The notes below the pieces were generated by a model. That model searched no databases. It was not told the DNA's origin and saw only the letters and a program-made list of their open reading frames with translations. The translations under genes were made by a program, and so were the position numbers. DNA of 63,744 bases, the filler included, from Octopus bimaculoides (Eukaryota): the NCBI RefSeq assembly GCF_001194135.2. It is 6 parts of 6 records of this genome, joined end to end, with 100 filler letters (N's around TTAATTAATTAA, not from the genome) between each part and the next. Parts side by side here need not be neighbours in the genome. Positions count along the whole stretch, not along the records: positions 39,025 to 50,653 come from NW_026305584.1; positions 50,754 to 57,740 come from NC_069003.1; positions 57,841 to 62,341 come from NC_068981.1; 3 more parts are not named here. The stretch is one strand, 5' to 3'. Below are positions 48,581-61,610 of this stretch, piece after piece (within the stretch, counting starts at the first letter, position 1; every line of letters starts with the position of its first letter).

Positions 48581-50319
48581 TTGTTTCAATAAGAGAGAAA
48601 GTACTTCATCATATGCAGAATTTATATCATTTGTAAGCTTGATTTATAATCTAGACCTAAATGTTTTACAATTCTATAATGTTAATTATACCTTATCAAA
48701 TATCAAAAAATTCAGGTTATATAATACTGACACCTGTGTACATGTGTGTGATTATTTATTTTTATTATTTTATATTCATTACATTGGGAGGCATCTGTTC
48801 TGTTACTGACTGCTCAAACTAGCAATGAATGTGACTTTCAAGAAGTTAGATCCTTTCTATAATGCTTGTCCATTTCAACCGCTAACCTGAAGATGTTGGA
48901 ACAACAACTCATAATATTGACTTCTGATGTAAGGACCTACATTTTTAGAGAAAGAGAACATTTCATGCAATGCTTGTCTTTCCAAAGGGCAAGGCAGTAA
49001 GAGCTCGGTGTGGAAAAAGTAACACCCTTTTATATATTTATTGTCTTTTATTGAACAAAAATGAATTACAGTAGCTTAAGAAAAGTGTCTCATCAAAACA
49101 ACAGATTTGTTATGATTAACAAACTAATTAACATGTCCAAAATATTCTCCTTGATGAATCTTACCAGCAACACTTCTAGAAACTATTTGACACAATTCTG
49201 TGTCAATTTCAGAAAATTTATCAGAAATTGCTTGTTTTGAATTAGGAATTGTTTTCAGCTTGAGCCTGTAAACAACATCTTTTAGTACACTCATGAGAAA
49301 AAGTCAAGTTGTGAACATGATAGCCCTATGTCATTCTCTACACCACTCAAAATTAAGATTCAACTGTTCCTGAGTGATTAATCTATGCTATAAAATACAT
49401 ACAAAATTATATAATATAAAACTAAAAAAATAAAAATAAAAACTAATACAGTCGAAAACTAAAATCAAATTAAAAAGGGCATTACTTCTTCCGCACCCTG
49501 TATTTAATCAACAATAAAAACCATGTTGTGAACAGAGCTTCCTTTGAGTTCATTATTGTATAACTTATTATGTGGTAAATCATATTTTGATCTTCTTCGT
49601 TAAGTATAAAACCAATGTCTAAGAAGGCCTACTGAGATGTTTGTGAGTGTGTAGAAGCAGCAATACTGTCACAAACATTTATAAACTATACTCCAGTGCA
49701 AGTTTTATTTGAGCTTGCAATTGGTCAAGGCTGAACAATTTCCAAGGTGCCACAGAGGTACCATAGTACTATATATAATACATAATTAGAGATTAATAAA
49801 AATGACTTATGCTGTGGCAACTATTTACAACATAATACCCTATGCAGTTGCTTGGCCTGCTAAAAATATTAACAAGATCTCTTTCAAATTAACAAAAATT
49901 AACGACACATTTGACAACGTAGTCAAGGATACACAAAATTTTTATAAACATGAGATGGTCATATTCGTAAGGCTCCACATTGATTCATTTCAAAAAATTT
50001 ATTCAGATGTAAGAATTGTGATTTTGCTTTAGTATTAAGTGGTCAATATTAATGTCTATATGTTTGCAGTAAATTCTAGGTTCTTTTGCTAATTAGTATT
50101 TATCAATAAATGATTGCTATTATAAGGGATGTTTTAATCTAAGAGCTAAAATTTTCCATTGGGTTTATATATGGAAAGGCTGAACATTGGTGACATAATA
50201 AAGACTACAAACAACTTCAGAGTTTGTTTATGATTGCCATAGTAGAAAAAAAACAAACTAAACACTAAGCACTCATCAAACATATTATACATATTGCATA
50301 ATGTGCCATGAATGACCTC

Positions 50320-50592
50320 CCAGGCACAAGTCCGAGCAAGGTTGTTCATGGAAGGCCAGCAGTCGCCCATGCATACCAGACTCCCTTCTCCACATCACTG
50401 ATGTTATCCAAAGGGACAGGCAAAGGCCGATACAACTTGGCACCAGTGATGTTGCAACTCATTTCTACAGCTGAGTTAACTGGAGTAACGTGAAATAAAG
50501 TGTCATGGTCAAGAACACAACATGCAGCCTGGTCCGGGAATCGAACTCACAACCTCACAATTGTGAGTTCGACGCTCTAACCACTGAGCCTT
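50320..50592 (-). mobile_element. Family C tRNA-derived SINE with a recognisable tRNA-like head
   Basis: Minus strand GGCTCAGTGGTTAGAGCGTCGAACTCACAATTGTGAGGTTGTGAGTTCGATTCCCGGACC (A and B boxes), then TGTGTTCTTGACCATGACACTTTATTTCAC core. Confidence 0.8.
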
Positions 50593-50753
50593 CACACACA
50601 CACACACACATATATATGTATATATATATATATATATAGATGTATATATATATNNNNNNNNNNNNNNNNNNNNNNNNNNNNNNNNNNNNNNNNNNNNTTA
50701 ATTAATTAANNNNNNNNNNNNNNNNNNNNNNNNNNNNNNNNNNNNNNNNNNNN

Positions 50754-53700
50754 AAACGAGTGACATATCTGTTGCGACGATTCTCTCTAAGCAGGTGACA
50801 ATCTGTTGCGATGATTCTCTCTAAGCAGGTGACAATCTGTTGCGACGATTCTAGACGAGTGACATATCTGTTGCGACGTTTCTCTCTAAGCAGGTGATAA
50901 TCTGTTGCGACGATTCTAAACGAGTGACATATCTGTTGCGACGATTCTCTCTAAGCAGGTGACAATCTGTGGCGACGATTCTAAATGAGTGACATATCTG
51001 TTGCGACGATTCTAAACGAGTGACATATCTGTTTCGACGATTCTCTCTAAGCAGGTGACAATCTGTGGCGACGATTTTAAATGAGTGACATATCTGTTGC
51101 GACGATTCTCTCTAAGCAGGTGACAATCTGTTGCGACGATTCTAAACGTGTGACATATCTGTTGCGACGTTTCTCTCTAAGCAGGTGTTAATCTGTTGCG
51201 ACGATTCTAAACGAGTGACATATCTGTTGCGACGATTCTCTCTAAGTAGGTGACAATCTGTCGCGACGGTTCTGTCTAAGCAGGTGACAATCTGTTGCGA
51301 CGATTCTCTCTAAGCAGGTGACAATCTGTTGCGACGATTCTAAACGAGTGACATGTCTTTTGCGACGATTCTCTCTAAGCNNNNNNNNNNGACAATCTGT
51401 GGCGACGATTCTAAATGAGTGACATATCTGTTGCGACGTTTCTCTCTAAGCAGGTGACAATCTGTTGCGACGATTCTAAACGAGTGACATATCTGTCGCG
51501 ACGGTTCTCTCTAAGCAGGTGACAATCTGTTACGACGATTCTCTCTAAGCAGGTGACAATCTGTTGCNNNNNNNNNNNNNNNNNNNNNNNNNNNNNNNNN
51601 NNNNNNNNNNNNNNNNNNNNNNNNNNNNNNNNNNNNNNNNNNNNNNNNNNNNNNNNNNNNNNNNNNNAAGCAGGTGACATATCTGTTGCGACGATTCTCT
51701 CTAAGCGGGTGACATATCTGTTGCGACGATTCTATGCGGGTGACAATCTGTTGCGACGATTCTCTTTAAGCAGGTGACAATCTGCTGCGACGATTCTCTC
51801 TAACGAGGTGACAGTCTGTTGCGACGATTCTCTGTAAGCATGTGACAATTTGCTGCGACGATTCCAAGCGGGTGACCATTTGTTGCGACGATTCATTCTA
51901 AGCAGGCGACAATATGTTGCGATGATTCTATCTAAGCATGTGACAACCTGTTGCGACGATTCCCTCTAAGGAGGTGACAATCTGTTGCCACGATTCTTTG
52001 TCAGCGGTTGACAATCTGTTGCGACGATTCTTTCTAAGCGGTTGACAATCTGTTGTGACGATTCTCTCTAAGTAGGTGACAATCTGTTGCGACGATTCTA
52101 AGCGGGTAATATATCTGTTGCGATGATTCTCTCTAAGAAGGTGACAATCTGTTGCGACGATTCTCTGTAAGCAGGTGACAATCTGTTGCGAGGATTCTCT
52201 CTAAGCGGGTGATCATCTGTTGCGACGATTCTCTCTAAGCAGGTGACAATCTGTTGCGACGATTCTCTCTAAGCGGGTGAGCATCTGTTGCGACGAGTCT
52301 CTCTAAGCAGGTGACAATCTTTTGCGACGATTCTAAGCGGGTGACAATCTGTTGCGACGATTCTCTCTAAGCAGGTGACAATCTTTTGCGATGATTCTCT
52401 CAATGCAGGTGACATATCTCTTGCAATGATTCTCTCTAAGCAGGTGACAATCTGTTGCGACGATGCTAANNNNNNNNNNNNNNNNNNNNNNNNNNNNNNN
52501 NNNNNNNNNNNNNNNNNNNNNNNNNNNNNNNNNNNNNNNNNNNNNNNNNNNNNNNNNNNNNNNNNNNNNNNNNNNNNNNNNNNNNNNNNNNNNNNNNNNN
52601 NNNNNNNNNNNNNNNNNNNNNNNNNNNNNNNNNNNNNNNNNNNNNNNNNNNNNNNNNNNNNNNNNNNNNNNNNNNNNNNNNNNNNNNNNNNNNNNNNNNN
52701 NNNNNNNNNNNNNNNNNNNNNNNNNNNNNNNNNNNNNNNNNNNNNNNNNNNNNNNNNNNNNNNNNNNNNNNNNNNNNNNNNNNNNNNNNNNNNNNNNNNN
52801 NNNNNNNNNNNNNNNNNNNNNNNNNNNNNNNNNNNNNNNNNNNNNNNNNNNNNNNNNNNNNNNNNNNNNNNNNNNNNNNNNNNNNNNNNNNNNNNNNNNN
52901 NNNNNNNNNNNNNNNNNNNNNNNNNNNNNNNNNNNNNNNNNNNNNNNNNNNNNNNNNNNNNNNNNNNNNNNNNNNNNNNNNNNNNNNNNNNNNNNNNNNN
53001 NNNNNNNNNNNNNNNNNNNNAGGTGACATATCTGTTGCGACGATTCTCTCTAAGCGGGTGACAATCTGTTGTGACGATTCTAAGCGGGTGACATATCTGT
53101 TGCGACGATTCTCTCTAAGCAGGTAACAATCTGTTGCGACGATTCTCTCTAAGCAGGTGACAATCTGTTGCGACGATTCTCTGTAAGCAGGTAACAATTT
53201 GTTGCGACGATTCTCTCTAAGCAGGTGACATTCTGTTGCGACGATTCTCTGTAAGCAGGTGACAATTTGTTGCGACGATTCTCTCTCAGCAGATGACAAT
53301 GTGTTGCGACGATTCTCTGTAAGCAGGTGACAATCTGTTGCGACAATTCTAAGCGGGTGACAATCTGCTGCGACGACTCTATCTAAGCGGGTGACATATC
53401 TGTTGCAACAATTCTATCTAACCAGGCGACAATCTGTTGCGACGATTCTATCTAAGCAGGTGATCATCTGTTGCGACAATTCTATCCACGCAGGCGACAG
53501 TCTGTTGCGACGATTCTAAGCGGGTGACCATCTGTTGCGACGATTCTAAACGGGTGACAATCTTTTACGATGATTCTCTCTAAGCAGGTGACAATCTGTT
53601 GTGATAATTCTATCTAAGCATGTCACAATCTGTTGCGACGATTCTCTCTAAGCAGGTGACAATCAGTTGCGACGAGTCTAAGCGTGTGACAATCTGTTGC

Positions 53701-56700
53701 GAGGATTCTCTCTAAGCAGGTGATAAATCTGTTGCGACGATTCTAAACGAGTGACATATCAGTTGCGATGATTCTCTCTAAGCATGTGACAATCTGTTGC
53801 GACGATTCTCTGTAAGTAAGTGACAATCTGTTGCGACGATTCTCTCTAAGCATGTGACAATATGTTGCGACGATTCTAAACGAGTGACATATCAGTTGCG
53901 ATGATTCTCTCTAAGCAGGTGACAATCTTTTGCGACGATTCTCTTTAGGCAGGTGACAATCTGTTCCGATGATTCTCTCAAAACAGTTGACAATCTTTTG
54001 CGACGATTCTCTCTAAGCAGGTGACAATATGTTGTGACGATTCTAAACGAGTGCCATATCAGTTGCGATGATTCTCTCTAAGAAGGTGACAATNNNNNNN
54101 NNNNNNNNNNNNNNNNNNNNNNNNNNNNNNNNNNNNNNNNNNNNNNNNNNNNNNNNNNNNNNNNNNNNNNNNNNNNNNNNNNNNNNNNNNNNNNNNNNNN
54201 NNNNNNNNNNNNNNNNNNNNNNNNNNNNNNNNNNNNNNNNNNNNNNNNNNNNNNNNNNNNNNNNNNNNNNNNNNNNNNNNNNNNNNNNNNNNNNNNNNNN
54301 NNNNNNNNNNNNNNNNNNNNNNNNNNNNNNNNNNNNNNNNNNNNNNNNNNNNNNNNNNNNNNNNNNNNNNNNNNNNNNNNNNNNNNNNNNNNNNNNNNNN
54401 NNNNNNNNNNNNNNNNNNNNNNNNNNNNNNNNNNNNNNNNNNNNNNNNNNNNNNNNNNNNNNNNNNNNNNNNNNNNNNNNNNNNNNNNNNNNNNNNNNNN
54501 NNNNNNNNNNNNNNNNNNNNNNNNNNNNNNNNNNNNNNNNNNNNNNNNNNNNNNNNNNNNNNNNNNNNNNNNNNNNNNNNNNNNNNNNNNNNNNNNNNNN
54601 NNNNNNNNNNNNNNNNNNNNNNNNNNNNNNNNNNNNNNNNNNNNNNNNNNNNNNNNNNNNNNNNNNNNNNNNNNNNNNNNNNNNNNNNNNNNNNNNNNNN
54701 NNNNNNNNNNNNNNNNNNNNNNNNNNNNNNNNNNNNNNNNNNNNNNNNNNNNNNNNNNNNNNNNNNNNNNNNNNNNNNNNNNNNNNNNNNNNNNNNNNNN
54801 NNNNNNNNNNNNNNNNNNNNNNNNNNNNNNNNNNNNNNNNNNNNNNNNNNNNNNNNNNNNNNNNNNNNNNNNNNNNNNNNNNNNNNNNNNNNATTCTAAA
54901 CGAGTGACATATCAGTTGCGATGATTTTCCCTAAGCAGGTGACAATCTGTTGCGACGATTCTCTGTAAGTAAGTGACAATCTGTTGCGACGATTCTCTCT
55001 AAGCATGTGACAATATGTTGCGACGATTCTAAACGAGTGACATATCAGTTGCGATGATTCTCTCTAAGCAGGTGACAATCTGTTGCGACGATTCTCTTTA
55101 AGCAGGTGACAATCTATTGCGACGATTCTAAGCAGGTTACTATCTCCGATGGTTCTCTCAAAACAGTTGACAATCTATTGCGACGATTCTAAGCGGGTGA
55201 CATATCTGTTGCGACGATTCTCTCTAAGCAGGTTACTATCTCTTGAGACGATTCTCTCTAAGCAGGTGACAATCTGTTGCGACGATTCTAAGCAGGTGAC
55301 AATCTGTTCCGACGATTCTAAGCGAGTGACATATCTGTTGCGATGATTCTCTCTAAGAAGGTGACAATCTGTTGCGACGGTTCTAAACGGGTGACAATCT
55401 TTTCCGATGATTTTCTCTAAGCATGTGACAATCTGTTGTGATAATTCTATCTAAGCACGTCACAATCTGTTGCGACGATTCTCTCTAAGCAGGTGACACT
55501 CAGTTGCGACGATTCTAAGCGAGTGACAATCTGTTGCGACGATTCTCTCTAAGCAGGTGATAAATCTGTTGCGACGATTCTAAACGAGTGACATATCAGT
55601 TGCGATGATTTTCTCTAAGCAGGTGACAATCTGTTGCGACGATTCTCTGTAAGCAGGTGACAATCTGTTTCGACGATTCTAAGCGGGTGACAATCTGTTG
55701 CGACCATTCTCTCTAAGCATGTGACAATGTGTTGCGACGATTCTCTCTAAGCATGTGACAATATGTTGCCACGATTCTAAACGAGTGACATATCAGTTGC
55801 GATGATTTTCTCTAAGCAGGTGACAATCTGTTGCGACGATTCTCTGTAAGCAGGTGACAATCTGTTTCGACGATTCTAAGCGGGTGACAATCTGTTNNNN
55901 NNNNNNGTGACAATCTGTTGCGACGATTCTCTGTTAGCAGGTGACAACCTATGCCGACGATTCTCTCTAAGCAGGTGACATTCTGTTGCGCCGATTCTCT
56001 GTAAGCAGGTGACAATCTGTTGCGAGGATTCTCTCTAAGCAGGTGATAATCTGTTGCGACGATTCTCTATAAGCAGGTTATAATCTGTTGCGACGATACT
56101 CTCTAAGCAGATGACAAACTGTTGCGACGATTCTAAACGGCTGACAATCTGTTGCGACGATTTTCTCTAAGCAGGTGCCAATCTGTTGCGACGATTCTAT
56201 CTAAGCGGGTGACATATCTGTTGCGACGATTCTATCTAAGCAGGTGACCATCTGTTGCGACACTTCTATCTACGCAGGCGACAATCTGTTGCGACGATTC
56301 TAAGCAGGTGACAATCTGTTGCGACGATTCTAAACGGGTGACAATCTTTTACGATGATTCTCTCTAAGCAGGGTCAATCTGTTGTGACAATTCTATGAGA
56401 GTGACAATCTGTTGCGAGGATTCTCTCTAAGCAGGTGATAATCTGTTGCGAAGCTTCTAAACGAGTGACATATCTGTTGCGACGATTCTCTATAAGCAGG
56501 TGATAATCTGTTGCGACTATACTCTCTAAGCAGGTGACAAACTGTTGCGACGATTCTAAACGGTGACAATCTGTTTAGACGATTCTTGAAGCAGGTGACA
56601 ATCTGTTGCGTCGATACTCTCTAAGCAGGTGACAATTTGTTGCGACCATTCTAAGCGGGTGACATATCTGTTGCGACGATTCTCTCTAAGCAGGTGACAA

Positions 56701-57292
56701 TCTGTTGCGACAATTCTAAACGAGTGACATATCTGTTGCGACGATTCTCTCTAAGCAGGTGACAATTTGTTGCGACGATTCTCTCTAAGCGGGTGACATA
56801 TCTGTTGCGACGATTCTCTCGAAGCAAGTGACAATCTGTTGCGACGATTCTCTCTAAGCAGGTGACAATCTGTTGCGACGATTCTAAACGAGTGACATAT
56901 CTGTTGCAACGATTCTCTCTAAGCAGGTGACAATCTATTGCGCCGATTCTAAGCAGGTGACAATCTGTTGCGACAATTCTCTGTAAGCAGGTGACAATTT
57001 GTTGCGACGATTCTAAACGGGTGACTATCTGTTGCGACGATTCTTCTCTAAACAGGTGACAATCTGTGGCGACGATTCTTTAAGTAGGTGACAATGTGTT
57101 ATGACGATTCTCTCTAAGTAGGTGACAATTTGTTGCGACGATTCTCTGTAAGCAGGTGACCATCTGTTGCGACGATTCTAAGCAGGTGACAATCTGTTGC
57201 GACGATTCTCTCTAAGCAGGTGACCATCTGTTGCGACGATTCTAAGCGGGTGACAATCTGTTGCGACGACTCTATCTAAGCGGGTGATATGC
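50754..57292. repeat. Satellite/minisatellite array of mixed 34-bp and 30-bp monomers (about 6.5 kb including gaps)
   Basis: Long unit GTGACAATCTGTTGCGACGATTCTCTCTAAGCAG (34 bp), short unit GTGACAATCTGTTGCGACGATTCTAAGCGG (30 bp), and a +1 variant GTGACATATCTG. No unique spacers. Confidence 0.97.
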
Positions 57293-57295
57293 AAC

Positions 57296-57530
57296 AACAA
57301 AAAAAAAGAATAAAGAAAGAAAGAAAGAAGTAAAGAAAGAAATAAAGACAGAAAGAATTAAATAAATAAATAAATAACTAAAGAAAGAAAGAAAGAAATA
57401 ACGAAAGAAATAAAGAAAGAAATAAAGAAAAAAATAAAGAAAGAAATAAAGAAAGAAATAAAGAAAGGAAGAAAGAAACGAATAAAGAAAGAATGAAAGA
57501 AAGAAACAAAAAAAGAAAAGGAAAAGAAAA
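57296..57530. repeat. (GAAA/TAAA)n polypurine tract
   Basis: Directly visible, and abuts the end of the satellite. Confidence 0.9.
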
Positions 57531-57840
57531 TGGAACATCGCGGGAAAAAACGGAGAATCTCCAACTGATGTGGGATTGCTATTCCGAAAGTCCTATAAGT
57601 GATTGATGGAGCTTCGATGTGAACGTCCCTTTCTTGTTCCCCTCCAGTGTAGGCAATTCAGAGAGAGAAAGAGGGAGAGTGAGTGCGAGAGAGAGAGAGA
57701 GAGAGATAGATAGATAGATTGATAGATAGAGAGAGAGAGANNNNNNNNNNNNNNNNNNNNNNNNNNNNNNNNNNNNNNNNNNNNTTAATTAATTAANNNN
57801 NNNNNNNNNNNNNNNNNNNNNNNNNNNNNNNNNNNNNNNN

Positions 57841-58735
57841 TGAAGAATTGGCAATAAAGCTGAGTTAAAACCATACAACTGTTCATTATCATCTTCAACA
57901 ACTTGGAAAGGTTCCTAAACTTGGAAAATGGGTACCTCATGAATTGTCTGAAAGTAACCACAAATCCTGAGTTGACATCTGCTATTCTCTCCATTCTCGC
58001 AAACTCATTTCACCCTTTTTGGATAGACCAGTGACTGGTGACGAAAAATGGATCTTCTATCGAAATGTTAAACATCGTAAACAGTGGCTTGGTAAAAGGG
58101 AAAAAGCTCAACCACAACCGAGAAGGGAACTTGATGGGAAAAAGGTTCTTCTCTCTATCTGGTGGGATTGCAAAGGAGTAATTCACTTTGAATTGTTACT
58201 ACCTAATGCAACAATCAATGCTGAAGTCTACTATCAGCAATTAGAGTGTTTGAACCAAGCTTTGGAGAAAAAAAGACCTGCTTTAGTGAATCAAAAAGGA
58301 GTGATGTTTCATCAGGACAATGTGTGACTCCACACTCCACACTCCACACATGGAGTTCTGCTGCACAACACCCGCCCTCATATCACCAATATGACCAAAG
58401 AAGCCATTCAAATGCATGGCTGGGAAGTGCTGCCACAGCTGCCATACTCTCCTGATTTGGCACTAATGGATTTCCATCTTTTTCGATCTCTTTCAAATGC
58501 TATGTGTGGAGTTTTATTCCATGCTGATGCAGAATTGAGAGCTTGGTTAGATCAATTTTTCAAGTCGAAATCAGGTGATTTCTACCAACGAGGTATTGAA
58601 ATCTTGTTGAATGTTGGGAAGAAGTTGTAAACAAGGCTGATTACGTTATTGATTAATTAGTTGTTATTTTTTATTAAACCTTTTAAAAAATTTAAATTAA
58701 AAAAAAACGGCGGGAACTTAGTTGCGAACCCAATA
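57841..58735 (+). mobile_element. 3' two-thirds of a mariner (DD34D-type) transposon, pseudogenised, with right TIR
   Basis: LGKVPKLGKWVPHEL, VTGDEKW, KKVLLSIWWDCKGVIH, MFHQDN and YSPDLALMDFHLFRSL motifs, with in-frame stops and a ~50-bp insertion after HQDN. TIR AAAAAACGGCGGGAACTTAGTTGCGAACCCAATA matches the reverse complement of the TIR at about 1243-1274. Confidence 0.93.
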
Positions 58736-58779
58736 TATATACAGAATGTGCAAAATTACATGGAAAGGAAAATGACACT

Positions 58780-59600
58780 GACATCTCATTTTAACAGATA
58801 TGTTTACTAAAATTACATAAAAATATCTTGAAATACTAAAGAGTAAAATTATTTAATAAAAGTGCCTCCAGTCGACTTTTTGGAATCTCCTGCAACTCTT
58901 CTGGATGGTCTCCTTGTTTAAGTTGGTGAATACTGCCATAATTCTTATCTTCAGTTCATCTTTGGTGTTACAACGAGTTTTGTTGGTCTCTTGCTCAACT
59001 GTACCCCATACATAATAATCAAGGGGGTTGCAGTCTGGGGAGTTAGGTGGCCAGATGTTAGGAGTGATGTGGTCACAGAAATTGTCTGACAGCCATGATT
59101 GGGTTCTCATACTTGTGTCATTTGGTGCAGAGTCCTGTTACCAGACACAGGGTCTGCCAGCAGCCACTCTCTTGACCCAGGGCAGCACTACCTCCTCCAG
59201 GCACTTGATGTAGGCCTCTGTATTGAGTCTGAGGCTGTGAGGGAAGATGAATGGAGACATAATGTCGCCATCACTAGTGATCATTCCAAACACCATGATG
59301 TTGACTGCATGTTTGATTTTTATCACTCTTAGTACATATCCTCAGATTGAGCTATCCTTACATTGACACCCAAACACTCTGAAATGTTTTCATACTGGAG
59401 CTTCCAGCACGAATGTGAAGCAGCACAGCATGTCATTTCCAAATTTCTGGCTGAGTGAACTGAGTCATGGTGCTGGTTTTTCTTGCAGATGGTGCCCAGC
59501 TGACCCAAGTATACTGTGTAGTCAACGAAATCAGAAATAAACAATGCACATGCTCGAAATTAAAGATATAAAATGACAACAATTTACCCATCGCACCTTA
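58780..59600 (-). mobile_element. Internally deleted maT/DD37D-like (Tc1-mariner) transposase fossil
   Basis: HAVNIMVFGMITSDGDIMSPFIF...EVVLPWVKRVAAGRPCVW and TQSWLSDNF...WPPNSPDCNPLDYYVWG motifs. The left end reads TATAAGGTGCGATGGGTAAATTG on the minus strand at about 59600. Confidence 0.82.
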
Positions 59601-59610
59601 TACAAACACG

Positions 59611-59644
<34 letters not shown>

Positions 59645-59659
59645 CATATATATAAAGAG

Positions 59660-60075
59660 GGTGTAAGGTATTTGAGGACATACCTCTTTTGGGTCATTGC
59701 TGCATTTTTTGCTAACTCTGTATAGTCTTTGTTTACTCAAGAAATGAAGAGGCATACTGTTATTGTGGTTATAAAAGCTGAGCATAGCGATTTAAAAATC
59801 TCTCAATTTCCAAAAGTTGCCAGACCATTCATCTACAAAGTTTGTAAGGAGTCAGAGACTGAAGATGGAAACATGTCACCAGTATCAAAGCATAAAGAGT
59901 ATTCTAAATGCTCTGAGAACATCAGAACACCTGAATTTATCAAGCAAGTTCAACAGACCATTCATTACAATCCCCAGAAAGTCCATGAAATCAATTGCAA
60001 AAGATCTCGATGTATCAGAAATGTTGTCCACGAAGGCATCAGATAGCAAAAGAAAATCACTGCAGCAGATCTAAA
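59660..60075 (+). mobile_element. 5' fragment of another maT-like transposase
   Basis: MKRHTVIVVIKAEHSDLKISQF.KVAR.FIYKV...RTPEFIKQVQQTI..NP.KSMKSIAKDLDVSE, the paired-like HTH region, frameshifted. Confidence 0.7.
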
Positions 60076-60138
60076 AGGCTCTTTAAACAAACTGAAAAAT
60101 CCAGCAGAAGAAGATTTGATTTGATTTGATTTGATTTG

Positions 60139-60213
<75 letters not shown>

Positions 60214-60725
60214 TTATATTCACACATGCACATTTATTCTCACACACACATACACACACACAGTATGTGTCTGTGTGTGTGTGTGTGTGTGTGTGTTTCT
60301 GTTTGTGTCTGTATAATGTGAGCATTAGTCACAAATATAACTGGAAAGAAATTTTCAATCAAATAAAATTCACATTGAAACAAAAAAAAAATTCTTCAAG
60401 CATCATGTTGAATACTGACAAAATTTAGAGCATATTTCTGGTATAAAATAACAACCAACTAGCTTAACATCTTTTGTAAATGTAATAATATTAATATATA
60501 TATTCTTAAGATGGTGAACTGGCAGAATTGTTAGCATGCTGGGCAAAATACTTAGTGGCGTTTCCTCTGTCTTTATATTCAGAGTTCAAATTCTGCAGAG
60601 ATCAACTTTGCATTTCATCCTTTTTTGGGGTTGATAAAATAAGTACCAGTTGAGTACTGGGGTCGATGTAATTGACTTACTCCCTCCCCTGAAATTGCAA
60701 CCAAAATTTGAAACCAGTATTTATA

Positions 60726-61610
60726 TACAAGCTTGTATCAAAAGACTAGTTCTGTAGTGCACCAACAAATGGCAGTACACAGTTGCTTGCACAGTGAGAG
60801 CTAGCAAAGACCTTGATGAGGCAGTGTGCTGATTGACATCACTGTGTTTACTTCACAAGTTATGAAATTTGTGTTTTTGTGATCACATGTATGCTATAGT
60901 CTGTAATTTTTGTCATAGATAGGAACAAAGAGCCAACGTGAAATTTTGTGTTAAATTGGAAAGTCAGCTACAGAAACATTGAGCATGCTTTGGCAAGCTT
61001 ATGGTGATGTGGCAATGGGTCATATATGGTGTTTCAAGTGGTATGGGTGCTTCAAAAGCCTGGAAAATAATGAGTAATCTGAAAGGCCTGCCATGAGCAT
61101 CACCCCAGGAAATGTGGAGAAAATTCATCAGTTTGTGCATGAGGATTGTTAGAGGACAATTAACAATGTCTTGAAGCATTTGAGGGAGGACATTTAGCAA
61201 CCGGGTCTGTGGAGCACGAAGAATTGGATTCTTCACGACGACAATGTACCCTGTCATTGAGCTCTCCTCACTCGTGAGTTTCTCACCAAAGACAACATGG
61301 TATCACTTCCCCACCCACTCTATTCGCCAGATTTAGTACCTGCTGACTCATCTCTTCTCCAAGATGAAAATAGTCAAAGGTCACACCATTTTAACACCAT
61401 TATTGAGATCCAGAGTGAATCACAGAAGGTCCTCGACTCACTTACAGAAAACGACTTCCAGGCCGGATTCCAAATATGGCAAAAATGTTGGGATTGGTGT
61501 ATTGAAGTGCAAGGTGACTATTTCAAAGGAGATGATGTTAAAATTTATGTAAATAAGTTATTTTTTTATTGAGCATAATTAGTCTGGGAACTTTTTGATA
61601 CCACCATGTA
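60726..61610 (+). mobile_element. Internally deleted mariner, same family as 14033-14365
   Basis: EQRANVKFCVKL.KSATETLSMLWQAYGD, LHDDN and LPHPLYSPDLVPADS motifs, and W..C....GDYF. Right TIR AGTCTGGGAACTTTTTGATACCACCATGTA; left TIR degenerate. Confidence 0.85.

Noticed and set aside
50530-50592. tRNA-like sequence with A and B boxes
   Set aside because: It has no proper acceptor stem and continues directly into a repeat body also found at 45160-45355. It is a SINE head, not a tRNA gene.
50754-57292. Regular ~30-35 bp repeats resembling a CRISPR array or a repetitive protein ORF
   Set aside because: There are no unique spacers, no cas genes, and the context is eukaryotic. Mixed 34/30/35-bp units shift frame constantly, and the long ORFs exist only because they run through N gaps.
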